From Chiloscyllium plagiosum (Eukaryota), in assembly GCF_004010195.1 (NCBI RefSeq), contig NC_057728.1, positions 52,685,745-52,749,744 of the forward strand: a stretch of DNA of 64,000 bases. The letters are read 5' to 3'. Under the pieces are notes generated by a model. The model worked only from the letters and a program-made list of their open reading frames with translations, was not told the DNA's origin and made no database searches. A program made the position numbers and the translations under genes. Every line of letters begins with the position of its first letter. Position 1 is the first letter of the stretch. Positions 1 through 10,699 of the stretch are shown one piece after another.

Positions 1-384
1 CACATCAAAGACAATTAGTTCTTTAGTAGCGTGCTTAAACTGTCAATCACAATGTGAACTCAGCATCGCTGATAGATAAATAGTTTTTGAACTTCTATAA
101 CTCAATTCATCTCAGCTTCAGCCATGGAAATGTCAATAATGAAATCTTTTGAAACTGTAGGAACAAATGGAAATACTTTCTGTAAGCCTCAGTAGATTGC
201 CTGTCAATTAGTGCAGTTTCTTTTTACTTTAACTGGCAGCTGCAACTGGTTTTGACATATTTAAAGAGCAAGAGATATACCCCTGTATTGGCTGTGGTAA
301 TATAGAGAGACTTGGTCACTTAGTGATTGTAATGAGGACCATCGAATTTAAGTTCCTAGCTTATCTCTCCATGATTCAGGCTCT

Positions 385-491
385 CTGCCTTTATTCCTGA
401 TGAAGGGCTTTTGCCCGAAACGTCGATTTTGCCTGTCCTCGGATGCTGCCTGAATTGCTGTGCTCTTCCAGCACCACTAATCCAGAATCTG
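385..491 (+). mobile_element. Penelope-like terminal repeat fragment with minimal hammerhead core (394-427)
   Basis: ttc-CTGATGA-agggcttttgccc-GAAA-cgtc-ga followed by ggatgctgcctga..., shared with copies at 7.5, 18.4, 35.4, 42.4, 51.5 and 53.7 kb; the 35.4 kb copy adjoins a GIY-YIG remnant. Confidence 0.75.
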
Positions 492-922
492 ATGTAGGGT
501 CACCAACTGAAATGTTAATTTTGTTTCTATGTCCATGGGTGCTGCTGAACATTTCCAGCAGTTTATGAGTCCATTCCAGAATTTCAGCTTTATACTATTA
601 AGTTGTTAAAATTTGTGTCACTCAATAACTCAATAAAGCTCTTTCACAACAAAAAATCAAGAGTAAAAGCAGCTGATTTTGCTCTCCACCACTTCTGTAG
701 CAGACAGCATCAAACAACAATAACTACTGTAGGTCACCACTCCAGTTCATTATTAAGGAGAATTTTATGTACTATTAAGCACAGAGGCTATTTTCAGGGG
801 AAACTCTTTGTATTAAAGCAGAAAGTACAACAGAAACTCAGCAGGTATGTCTGCATCTGTAGAGAGAGAAACACGGAATAATTCAAATTTTGTTTCTGTC
901 TCCAGAGATATTGACAGACCTA

Positions 923-1160
923 AAACACAAATTGCTGGAAAAGCTCAGCAGGTCTGGCAGCATTCGTGGAGAGAAATCAGAGTTAACATCTTCCGTTGAG
1001 TGACCCTTCCTCAGAACTCAGGCATTCTGAGGAAGGGTCACTCAACCCGAAACATTAACTCGGATTTCTCTACAAAGATGCTGCCAGACCTGCTGAGCGT
1101 TTTCAGCAATTTGTGGTTTTGTTCCTGATTTACAGCATTGACAGTTCTTTTGGTTTTATA
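923..1160. mobile_element. Fold-back Penelope-like terminal element nested in an older related hairpin
   Basis: Inverted arms of about 95 bp around 1015-1025; flanked by tgacagaccta (912-922) and tgacataccta (1161-1171); contains CTGAGGA-agggtcactcaaccc-GAAA. Confidence 0.65.
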
Positions 1161-1632
1161 TGACATACCTATTGAGTTTCTCCAGCACCTCCTGTTTTGA
1201 TTTCAGATCTCCAGAATCTGCAGTATTTTACTTTCAGTTCAGTTGTTTGATCCTTGATTGAAGTGCAATTTCCCTAATCACTTCTGTGCATCATTTGAAA
1301 AGCTGGGCAAAGCAAAATGTTTGCTCTTCTAATTCTGAGAGAATTTTATATCTTTATTTAGCTGTGCGCTTCTGAATTCTATTGAAGATAAAGCCTAAGA
1401 AGAGACATTAAATGTCTTGAACATATAGCTCTTATAATAAGACTATTTCAACACTGTTTCATAAAAGTATATAAATTAGGAACAGAAGTAGACCATTCAA
1501 CTCTTCAAGCCTACTCTGCCCTTCAATAAGAGCATTTCTGATCTGGTTACATTTGGAACTCCACATTCCTTCCTGTCCCTAATAATCTTTGATTCCCTTG
1601 TATACAGAAATCTGTTGACCTCCGCTTTAACG

Positions 1633-1845
1633 ACGGTTGGTTCTGATACAACACTATAGTTCCATTCCTGTGTGATTCCGCATTATAAATAAATGGCATA
1701 ATAGCAGCACCATTTAACCAATGGGACTGGGATCACATTATAGCCAATACAGGTAAGTAAAGTTCACGTTCTGCAAATAATGGTCTAAAATCACGTTATA
1801 GCCCATTCATGTTGGTGAAAAGTGTGTTATAGCACAACCGACTAT
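1633..1845. mobile_element. Tc1/mariner (Tigger/pogo-like) MITE
   Basis: Imperfect TIRs acggttggttctgatacaacac / gtgttatagcacaaccgacta; interrupts a LINE 3' fragment (about 1470-2320) at an AT-rich site. Confidence 0.55.
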
Positions 1846-4800
1846 ATATTCAATGACCTTGTCTCCACCTTCTTCTGAGCAGAGAGACCAAGAATTGTAC
1901 AATCCTCTTTGAGAGACAAAAAACCCTTTATCTCTGTCTAAAAGGAAAACCCCACTGCCCCTTAGTTCTAGGCTCACCCACAAGAGGAAACACCCTTTCC
2001 ACATCCATCTGGTCATCATTCTTGGTCTTATACATGTCTACCAAATCACTCCTTTCCTCTGAACATCCATAAAAACAAGTCCAGCCTGGCTTTCCTTGCA
2101 GACAACCCAATTATTCCAGGTATCCATTGAGTAAACCTCCTCTGAACAGTTTCCATTGCATTTACATCCTTCCTTAACCTGGTTTTCTTATCAACCTGTT
2201 CAGAGATGTTATTACACATGACTTGAACAAGGGCCTTTCAGTTTAGGGACAAGGACACTGCCACTGCACCATAACAGGGCTCTTCCTTAAATAAGGAGAT
2301 CGAAACCATACACAATGAAGCTAAGGATCAGATAATCTGCCTTAGAAATGTGTCTGAGGGAATCAATATTAGCTGGGGCAACATTAGAAAACACCTCTGC
2401 TTTCCTTCAGAGTGTTGCCATGGGAACTCTTCTATCCACGAGGGCACAACTTTAACATCTCATCGGCAAGGCATCAATCCCTCACTTGGAGTTTCAGCCT
2501 GGGTCATGGACTGACTCTCAAGAGCAAGATTTAAACCCACAATCCCCACTTTCAAAGGCAAGACTGCTACCATCTGAGCCATAGCTGGTAAATGTGATGC
2601 ACACACAGACATATGTGATTAATATTGGAAAAAGTTGACAGAAACAGCATGAAGTGTAAAATTTTCTTTTTCCTTTTATAATTACAAACACCTCCATAAT
2701 GTTCAGCTGGAGATTTTAATGGAGAAGGGGTGGACTTCCTGCTTCCACCCCGTCTAACAAAGACAAACTGGCTGAAGCACTGAACAATCCCAATGGTATA
2801 TCTCTCAGCTATCCAAGAGGGTGGTGAAATAAGCAGCCACATGGCCTTCCAGGTTTACATGACTGTTTCCATGGAATGACCTCTAGCCTGTCCTGGATTA
2901 GACTAAAACAGTTGTTTACTAGTTGACAATTATCCCCATTTGGATTAACATCTGGAATAATTATCTAACTCGCAAGAGTCCATTTAGACATCGAAAAACT
3001 CTATGGTTGCTTCCAGTTTGACATACTACAGACAGAAATAGATTCTCCTTCCGAAAGGAATTTTCACAAGAAGGACAAAACCGTGCAGCATCTGTCCTTT
3101 CACAAATTACTTTCTCACAGGACTCTTCACTTGAGATACTGTGGACTAATGCTCACTAATACGACAGCACATATTGGCCCCTGTCCAGTAATGCTTCATT
3201 TTAAAATTCTATCCCTGCTTTCTGGATTCCCCAATGGCTTAACCCCTTGATTTTTCTCTTGCCTCCTTCATCCCTACAATGCTCCCATTAACTCATAAAC
3301 TCGGACTTCTTGCGCATCCCCAGCTTCCACCAGTGATTCCATTATGGCTGTGTCTTCCATTGGCAGGCCAGACAGCACAGTTATAAACACGGAATGGAAA
3401 CAGAATCAGAAAAGCAAGCAGGAGAATATAGGCAGTTATTAGAAGCTTTAAGTTTACCAAGACATTGCTACATGCTTAAAATTATAACCATGAGTATACA
3501 ATATGAAAACTCTAATTCACTCTATTGACAATCTATGAAAATAGCTTCAACATTTATTCCTTGTCTTCAAATGATCTCTGTACCCTCATCCCTCCCCATC
3601 TCTAGAACATTCTCCAGTCCTATAACTATTCACTCCTCTCCTGAAATGTCTCTAAGTTCTGGACAACATTTCCCATCCTGTAAGATGCTCCCTAAAAACC
3701 ACTTCTTTCATTCACCAGGTTTTGAGTTACTATCCCCATTTATCTCCTTTCCATCAATTTTGCTTTACTACATTAAAGGTCAATGAAAAATGCAAGTTAT
3801 TATTGGTAGAAATGAAGTTCCCCATATGTAACAGAGTTTTACAAATGCTCTCTCCCCATATTGAATAACAGCTTAAATAGCATCAGGCAAGCAGGTAACA
3901 GTTGGCTTCATCCTTCATTGTTTTCATCTGTGCATAATCACGTAAACACTTACAAGTTTGTATATTTATTTATTTATTTAAAAAAAGACCAAATATTAGG
4001 TTTATGGCTTTCTGGCAAACAATCTTTGGAAGTGGCTGACTACTTAATGACCCTGTATCCTTATTATTAGCATCATTAAGTAAAGCTTTATCCAGTTGAT
4101 TGCACTCTTGCCTACACTAGATCCACAATGAGGTTTGAGCACAAAATCAAAGCTGACAGTGCAAGTCTGAGGAAATGCTTCATAACCTACAGCCCCACTC
4201 TGCTCAGAGAGCTATCAAGCCAAGGCTTTGCTTCCCTGTTATGGTGAGTGTACAAACGTCCCAGGGCCACAATTCCAAAGTAAGAAGCCTTCTCACAGTG
4301 CCCTAGCTGCTCAACGTCAACAATGCATATTAATTAACCATTCAACACACTACCACATTATGAGTAAATTGGCTGCTTTTCCGAATAAAACAGTGACGCC
4401 ATTCCCGAAAGGAATTCTTCGATTACAAAGCTTTGTGGGACATCCTGAGGACATGCAGAGCAGAGTGTTTCTCTTACAGAGGAGCACAATACCCTTTAGT
4501 TCAATGTCTTTGAATGCTTCATGCATGATTTAATGTCATTGTCCTTCCTCAGTTGTTAGGCCTTGTACATTCCATTCCATGAATGTGTAGATGTCAGGTT
4601 TCCATTAACAAGTTTCACTTCTCTTATCACATACCTATCAGCTGAAGATCTGTCATTGTCAAAATTTATTGTTTTTTAAAAAATATTTCAAGAGAAAATG
4701 AAAAGACTTGGCCTGTGACACACAAATTAACAAAGAAGTGAGGATGATTTCTACATGAATGTAAAACCAATGCTTTACACTAATATACCATTTGAGCCTG

Positions 4801-7167
4801 TGGAGTGAATTGCATCACCATCTTTGAATCAACTCTGGGCCTTTTATTAGAACAGGGCAGGGGGGACATATTATCCAGCCCCAGCCTTCTCCACTATTCA
4901 ATTAGATCCTGGTCAATCTCCCCTCACCCCCATCTCCTACCCATCAAAAATTGATTGATCTCAACCTTGAAAGTTCCAAACGAACTCCAGCATCCACAGC
5001 ATACGGATGCTGAAAATCTCAAAGGTTTCCAGTGTCCAATGATGTATGCAGGAAGACCCCCCTGAGTGGTCCAGCTCTAATTTTAAGCTTCAGTCCTTCC
5101 ATTTTTGATTCCTCCATCAGGAGAAAAATTGTTTCTCTGTATTCGCCCAATGGAATCCTTTTAATGTTTTAAACACCAAACACCAACACAAGCAACTGGA
5201 TTTAGCTTTTAAAAGCAGCATTTAATGGGCGTTTCATTTGGGCATTAATCCAAAGATCAGAATCAAGTGCTAATTGCAACCAACTATTAAGGTTACTATG
5301 AAGCACGTTTGGAGCGATTATCCTTTTACATTATGTAATTTCTTAATGAGTACCATGTCAGCAAAACGATTATAGCTGCATTTCTGAATCCAAAGTGGTT
5401 CAGGAAGTTTATGAAATAAGTTGTCAAGGCTGCCAAATCCAAATGCAAATTTTCAACATGGAACATTTTTAAATTGAGAGCTTTACATCAACTTGATCAA
5501 ATCATCTTTCCTTTTTTTGAGAATTAATAAGCCTCCGCTGAATATACACAAAAAATGGACACATTTTTAAAAAAGATTAACTCGTGGGATATGGGTGTCA
5601 CTGGTTGGGCAACCACGTATTGACCAGGCAGCAGTTAAGAGTCAACCACATTGCTGTTGGGTCTGGATTCACCTTGAGGCCAGACCAGGACAATGAATTT
5701 CCATCCCTAAAGGACATTAATGAACCAGATGAGCGTTTATAACAATTAACAGTGGTATATGGCCACCGTTAGCCTATGAGTTAATTCCCATTTCCGCTGA
5801 ATTCAAATTTCATCACCTAATATAGAGGAATCTGAAAGGACATCCTCAAAGCATTAACCTATCACTATCCCAGAGACATTTTCATCAATTGCACCACCTC
5901 TCCTTACCTTTCAATATAAAGTTTACTCTGGAGACAAGCTTCTTGCTACAGAAACTATTAAATGTACATTTTCATTGAATGAGAATGGATAACCTGTTTC
6001 CATTATAGGTTTAGTGCCAGCTTTCTGACTGGGTGATATGCTGAGATTTGATCTCATGGTGTAAGCCACTACTGCAGTTCTGGTGGGATTGCCTATCCAT
6101 CTATTTGAAAAAGCTGGCTAATTGGGACAAGAGTGAAGAGGTTTCAGACTCCCTTTACATCAACAGGACCTTTGGTTAGCTCTCATCACCTGACTGTCTG
6201 GTAGCAAAGGGAAGGATATTGGCTTGTTCTGCCATTCAGTGAGATCACTCCCAGTGCATATCTACTCTAACATTATGATCCCTCTTTTCTCCTCTGTGAT
6301 AAGATCCAACTCCGTTCCTGCCTCAGTTCAACTGCTGCTTATTCCAGAGCCATTACTTTGTTAATTCCAGACTCAGCTATTCCAACATATTCTTGGTTGG
6401 CTTTTTAAAAACCTGGGTCTGCAGACTAACACACACCCACTCCTACCTGAATTTGGTGTCCTATATTGGCACCTGGTTAGGCAAAATCTCAACTGTAAAA
6501 TGATCTTCCTTCTTTTCAAATTATTCCATGGCCTCACTAAGCTTCCAGCCCCACAGCCCCTTCCAAGATCTCTGTGCTCCTCTGGTTCTGACCTATTGAG
6601 CATCCATTCCCTCAGTTCCCTATACTCGGAATTCTCTCTATAAAGTTTTCAACTACTCTTTCCTCCTGACAATACGAAGTGTAAAATCTACTTACTGACT
6701 AAGCTTTTCACCACTTACATTAGTGGCTCCTTATTGGCTTGGTGCCAAATTTTGTTTGATAATACTCCTACGAACATTGGGACCACATGTTACACCACTA
6801 TGCAATTGCAAATAACAATTGTTATTCTGATGATGTGTATCTTTAATTCATTAACCTGTTTTGGATTCTGTTAGTCCTAATGGACTCAATAGTTCCTTTG
6901 GGGAGAGCTGCTTCCTGACATCATCTTCAAACCGTGCATTTAGAATTATACCAAAATTCTTTTCAATGTCCTGCCCAAACCAGACAAAATAGTTTAAATC
7001 TGTCAACCCTATCAAATTCTGTGATTACTAAGTGTCAGTGATGGCTGAATATGTAGTATTCTTGGCACTGTAGGCAAGTATTAATTCAAATCTTCTTTCA
7101 GAGACACAACATCCAGTCTGACGCTGGCGAATTGCTCTAAAAGTGCTGTCATTTGAGTAATACATAC

Positions 7168-8070
7168 ATAGAACAGTACAGCACAGAAACAAGCCCTTCA
7201 ACCCACCATGTCTGTGCTGGCTATGATACAATTCTAAGATAGTCCCACCAACTTGCACTGTCTTCCTCTACAGCCTGCCTATCCATGCGTTGTCTAAATG
7301 CCTCTTACATTTTACTAATGTTTCTGCTTCTTTCAGCTCCTTTGGCAGCACATTCCTCTCATCCTCTGTGTAAAACACTTGCCTCATACATCTTTAATTT
7401 TTTCCTCTCACTTTAAACTTTTGCCCTCTTGTATTTGATATTTCCACCCTGAGAAAAACACTGGTTATTGACTCTATCTATACCTGTTATAATTTTGTAC
7501 AAATCGAGAGTGTGGTGCTGGAAAAGCACAACAGGTCAGGCAGCATCCGAGGAGCAGGAGAATCGACGAGCCTCATTCCTGATGAAGGGCTTATGCCTGA
7601 AACGTTGATTCGCCTGATCCTCAGATGCTGCCTGACCGGCTGTGCTTTTCCACCACCACACTCTCGACTCTGATCTTGAGCATTTGTAGTCCACACTTGC
7701 TCCTCGTTGATTATAATCGTACTGCGAAGCCTCTTCCAAGGATGCCTACCTTCTCCTCCTCTCTCTACAAGGATCTTAGTGACTCCCTCTCTCACTGCAC
7801 ACCACAGGTCATCTCCTCTGTCCTGAAGCTTTTCAGATACGGGCCTCATTCCTGATGAAAGGCTTATGCCCGAAACGTCGATTCTCCTGCACCTTGGATA
7901 CAGCCTGACCTGTTGCGCCTTTCCATCAGATCCCGACTCTGATCTCCAGCATCTACAGTCCTCACTTTCACATCATTTTATATACGTCTATCAGGTCACC
8001 CTCAACCTCTGACACGTGGCAAAAACAATCCAAGTTGGCCCAGAATCACTTTATAGCCAATACACTCCGA
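7168..8070 (-). mobile_element. Decayed CR1 LINE 3' fragment interrupted by a PLE insertion
   Basis: atagaacagtacagcacagaaacaagcccttc 3' tail and antisense RT C-terminal remnants. Confidence 0.65.
7504..7970 (+). mobile_element. Penelope-like terminal tandem/inverted repeat cluster with two hammerhead-like cores (about 7576-7610 and 7848-7883)
   Basis: Inverted arm 7504-7567 versus 7604-7668, then a second direct copy; CTGATGA..GAAACGT(T/C) occurs twice. Confidence 0.7.
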
Positions 8071-8436
8071 AGCTTAATACAAAGTACTTATGAGTTGCAA
8101 AGTACATTGGGACATTATGAGAATGTGAATGGTGTGAAGTAAATGCAAATTTATTCAGCTAAACACCATGATAACATCACCAATACTCAAGGAAACACAA
8201 CTCCAGTCTATACAAGCTAACAAGCAACAGTCTGACCAATCTGCACCCCTCTAAAGCCATGATATCCTTCTTGAGGCACAGCATATACAAGCCTTACTGG
8301 AAGGAAGAATGAAATGTAACTCTTAAGTGAAAAATTCAATCATTGTTGAGGTTTCCTTGCATCAGCATCTTGCATTAAATCTCACATGTATGCTTAAAGA
8401 AAGTCAGCAATATTTATGGAGCATCAAAAATTCTAC

Positions 8437-8599
8437 CTGCGTCTGGTGGCTCTATCGGCCTGCAGATTGCCTCTGCATCACATGGATTGGTATCCTCTGC
8501 TAATTGGAAGGCAGTAATGATTTCATTGAAGTAACTGAAGTATTGCTTAGGCTCCAGATTGGACTTTTCACAACTGAACTCAGATTCTTCGTGATAGTC
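8437..8599 (-). CDS. kitlg: KIT ligand coding exon 5, DYHEESEFSCEKSNLEPKQYFSYFNEIITAFQLAEDTNPCDAEAICRPIEPPDA
   Basis: tttctattcag|GAC...GCAG|gtagaa; 163 bp, phase 0-1 like human exon 5. Helix D pattern P..YF..FN..I.AF matches PEEFFRIFNRSIDAF, and the Cys138 equivalent is present. Confidence 0.92.
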
Positions 8600-8909
8600 C
8601 TGAATAGAAATGTGAAATAAAGTTAAACACCGAATCCAGCTTTTTGAAGTCTGCTTTTAGTGAATGGAACATTAACTAGAAGACCTGTACTGAACCACTT
8701 TTCCCTTTTACTCAACTCTGCCATTCAGCAACATCAGAGCTCAACTCCACTATCTCCAAATATATGCAAAATAATTTAGAAGTTCTGAAAGGAACTTCAT
8801 GAAGCAGAAACTGAAGCCTGTAGCAACTGCCGCCATGCACTATGACTGCTCAATTGCAGACAGACAGTGGAAGACATTGTCAGATTAAACATGCAAATAA
8901 AGACTGTAC

Positions 8910-9068
8910 CTTCCTGTCGTCGGATAGGCAGTTGTGGATACCATCCAGAATCCGGTGCAGATTTTCGATAATTAAATAATTTGACGAATTCTTGGCAAAC
9001 TTTTCGAGAAGTACATCCAAGCTGAATGACATTTCAGGCACTGTTAAATGCAGCCAACATGTATCAGT
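8910..9068 (-). CDS. kitlg: KIT ligand coding exon 4, TDTCWLHLTVPEMSFSLDVLLEKFAKNSSNYLIIENLHRILDGIHNCLSDDRK
   Basis: ctctcactgtgcag|ACT...AAG|gtacag; 159 bp, phase 0-0; aligns to human PSHCW...SL..LL.KF...SNY.II..L..I.....EC. Corresponds to ORF 8880..9074. Confidence 0.95.
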
Positions 9069-9382
9069 CTGCACAGTGAGAGAGAATTCAGAAATTACTC
9101 AATGTTCAGAATGATGAATCCAAATGTATTGGTGTTAGGGGGACAGCTATCAGATTACACTGGATTTCAGGGTTTAATGAATGGGACATGTTTTTCATCC
9201 AAAACGGAACGTTGAGAAAATCAAAACGTCGAACAAGCTAACATCCAAGCTCAGTGAGTAATAGAGCAAGCAAAAGAATGTTGGCCTTTGTTTCAAAGGG
9301 AATGGAGTATAAAAATAGGAAAATCTTGCTAATAATATACAAAGCACAGAACAAACATAGCTACAATGCTGTAAATAATTCT

Positions 9383-9700
9383 GATTTGGAGATGCCGGTG
9401 TTGGACTGAAAGTTAAAAGTTAAAAGTCACACAACACCAAGTTATGGTCCAACAGGTTTAATTGGAAGCACACTAGCTTTCGGAGCGACGCTCCTTCATC
9501 AGGTGATAGTGGAGGGCTCAATCCTAACACAGAATTTAGAGCAACAATTTACAGTGTGATGTAACTGAAATTATACATTGAAAAATTGATTGTCTGTTAA
9601 GCCTTTCATCTGTTAGAATACAGTGATAGTTTCACTTCTTTCATGTGTAAATCACAAAACCTTTCTTTTTAGAAAGTTGCATTCTCGGCTTAGCTGTTAA
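9383..9700 (-). mobile_element. Penelope-like terminal repeat (family B)
   Basis: Near-identical to the termini of the GIY-YIG-bearing element at 16296-17765. Confidence 0.75.
9471..9505 (-). ncRNA. Minimal type-I hammerhead ribozyme motif (family B)
   Basis: Minus strand: CAC-CUGAUGA-aGGAGCgucGCUCC-GAAA-GCUA-GUG. Stem I CAC/GUG, stem II GGAGC/GCUCC, palindromic AGCU stem III, cleavage after CUA. Confidence 0.65.
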
Positions 9701-10479
9701 CCCCTTACCAATATTAATTGAGACCCCTATCAGCATTTCTGATATCTCAGCACTTCCTCACCAGTACACTGGGAGTGCAAAGTCTTGATTCAGACTCAAA
9801 TATCTAAATTGGGCCGGAATCCACCAACTTCAGAACTCAGTCTATTGTCTGCAGAGCCACAGAGTCATTGAATATTGAGCCTGTATTCTGAGAGTGTTGA
9901 TAACAACAAGCAGTTCGTGGACTAAGCTCTGTTGTATTGTTATTCATCAGTGACGTGCAAAACAAAGGCCCCCCATCCAAACTTAATTAGTTTGCTCAAA
10001 GGTGAGATCATCTGGGGATTTTATAATGCTGAAGCAAACATAAATAAACTGACTACTTTGATGGCTCTTTAAAAATTCGTTTTGCTTGGAAGGTTTTGAT
10101 AAAGTGTACTGTGAATGGTTTGTGTATTTTTGAAAGACACAGCAAGCTGTGATGTCAAACCTTTCTGTCAGGCTGCACGATATAATGAGTCACGTAGACA
10201 TTATGAGTCATGCAGCTGGAACATGTCATGCTCCAAGGTTGAACCATAGCATAAGGGAATTGTCACCTTCTTGGCATCATTGTCAGCTGTGGCATGGGAC
10301 TCTGTGGTCTCCTTTAGGCCTGGGATATCTGCATTTAACTAATTCTGGAGTCCTCAGTATTCCCAATTGTTCCACCATTGATGGCTGTGCCTTTCGGCTC
10401 TCTAGGTCCTTGGCTCTAGAATTCCTTTCCTAAGATCATCTACCTCTCTTTCCTCCTTTAAGATGCTCGTTAAAACTTG

Positions 10480-10620
10480 GAGAGGTGGTGGTGTCAATGA
10501 TAATGTAATCCAGTATCTCAGTTTAAATTGTGAGGGTGTGGGTTCACAATCGCATTTAAGACAGATGGTGAAATTCAATAAATATCTGGAATTATGATGA
10601 CTGCCAAACTATCATCTATT
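10480..10620 (+). mobile_element. 5' part of a SINE split by the CR1 insertion (3' part at about 13928-14130)
   Basis: Head ggtggtggtgtcaatg...ggttcacaatc... continues at 13928; similar to antisense copies at about 5575-5900, 23770-24050 and 60990-61280. Confidence 0.45.
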
Positions 10621-10699
10621 TGGCTCCATGTTTTACACAACGGCGAGGAGAGAGAAACGAGGGCTGCCAGGAAGGGTGAGTTTTCCCACTTAAAATGGA

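Noticed and set aside
102..154. Strong minus-strand acceptor giving VSKDFIIDISMAEAEMN* in phase 1
   Set aside because: No similarity to KITLG exons and no other support.
2692..2753. Possible exon RGGSRKSTPSPLKSPAEHYG
   Set aside because: The phase-1 reading needed after exon 5 hits a stop, and the donor is weak.
3300..3455. Hydrophobic minus-strand frame LLITAYILLLAFLILFPF as the kitlg transmembrane exon
   Set aside because: No proper acceptor or donor, and it runs into an old repeat; likely a pyrimidine-rich chance reading.
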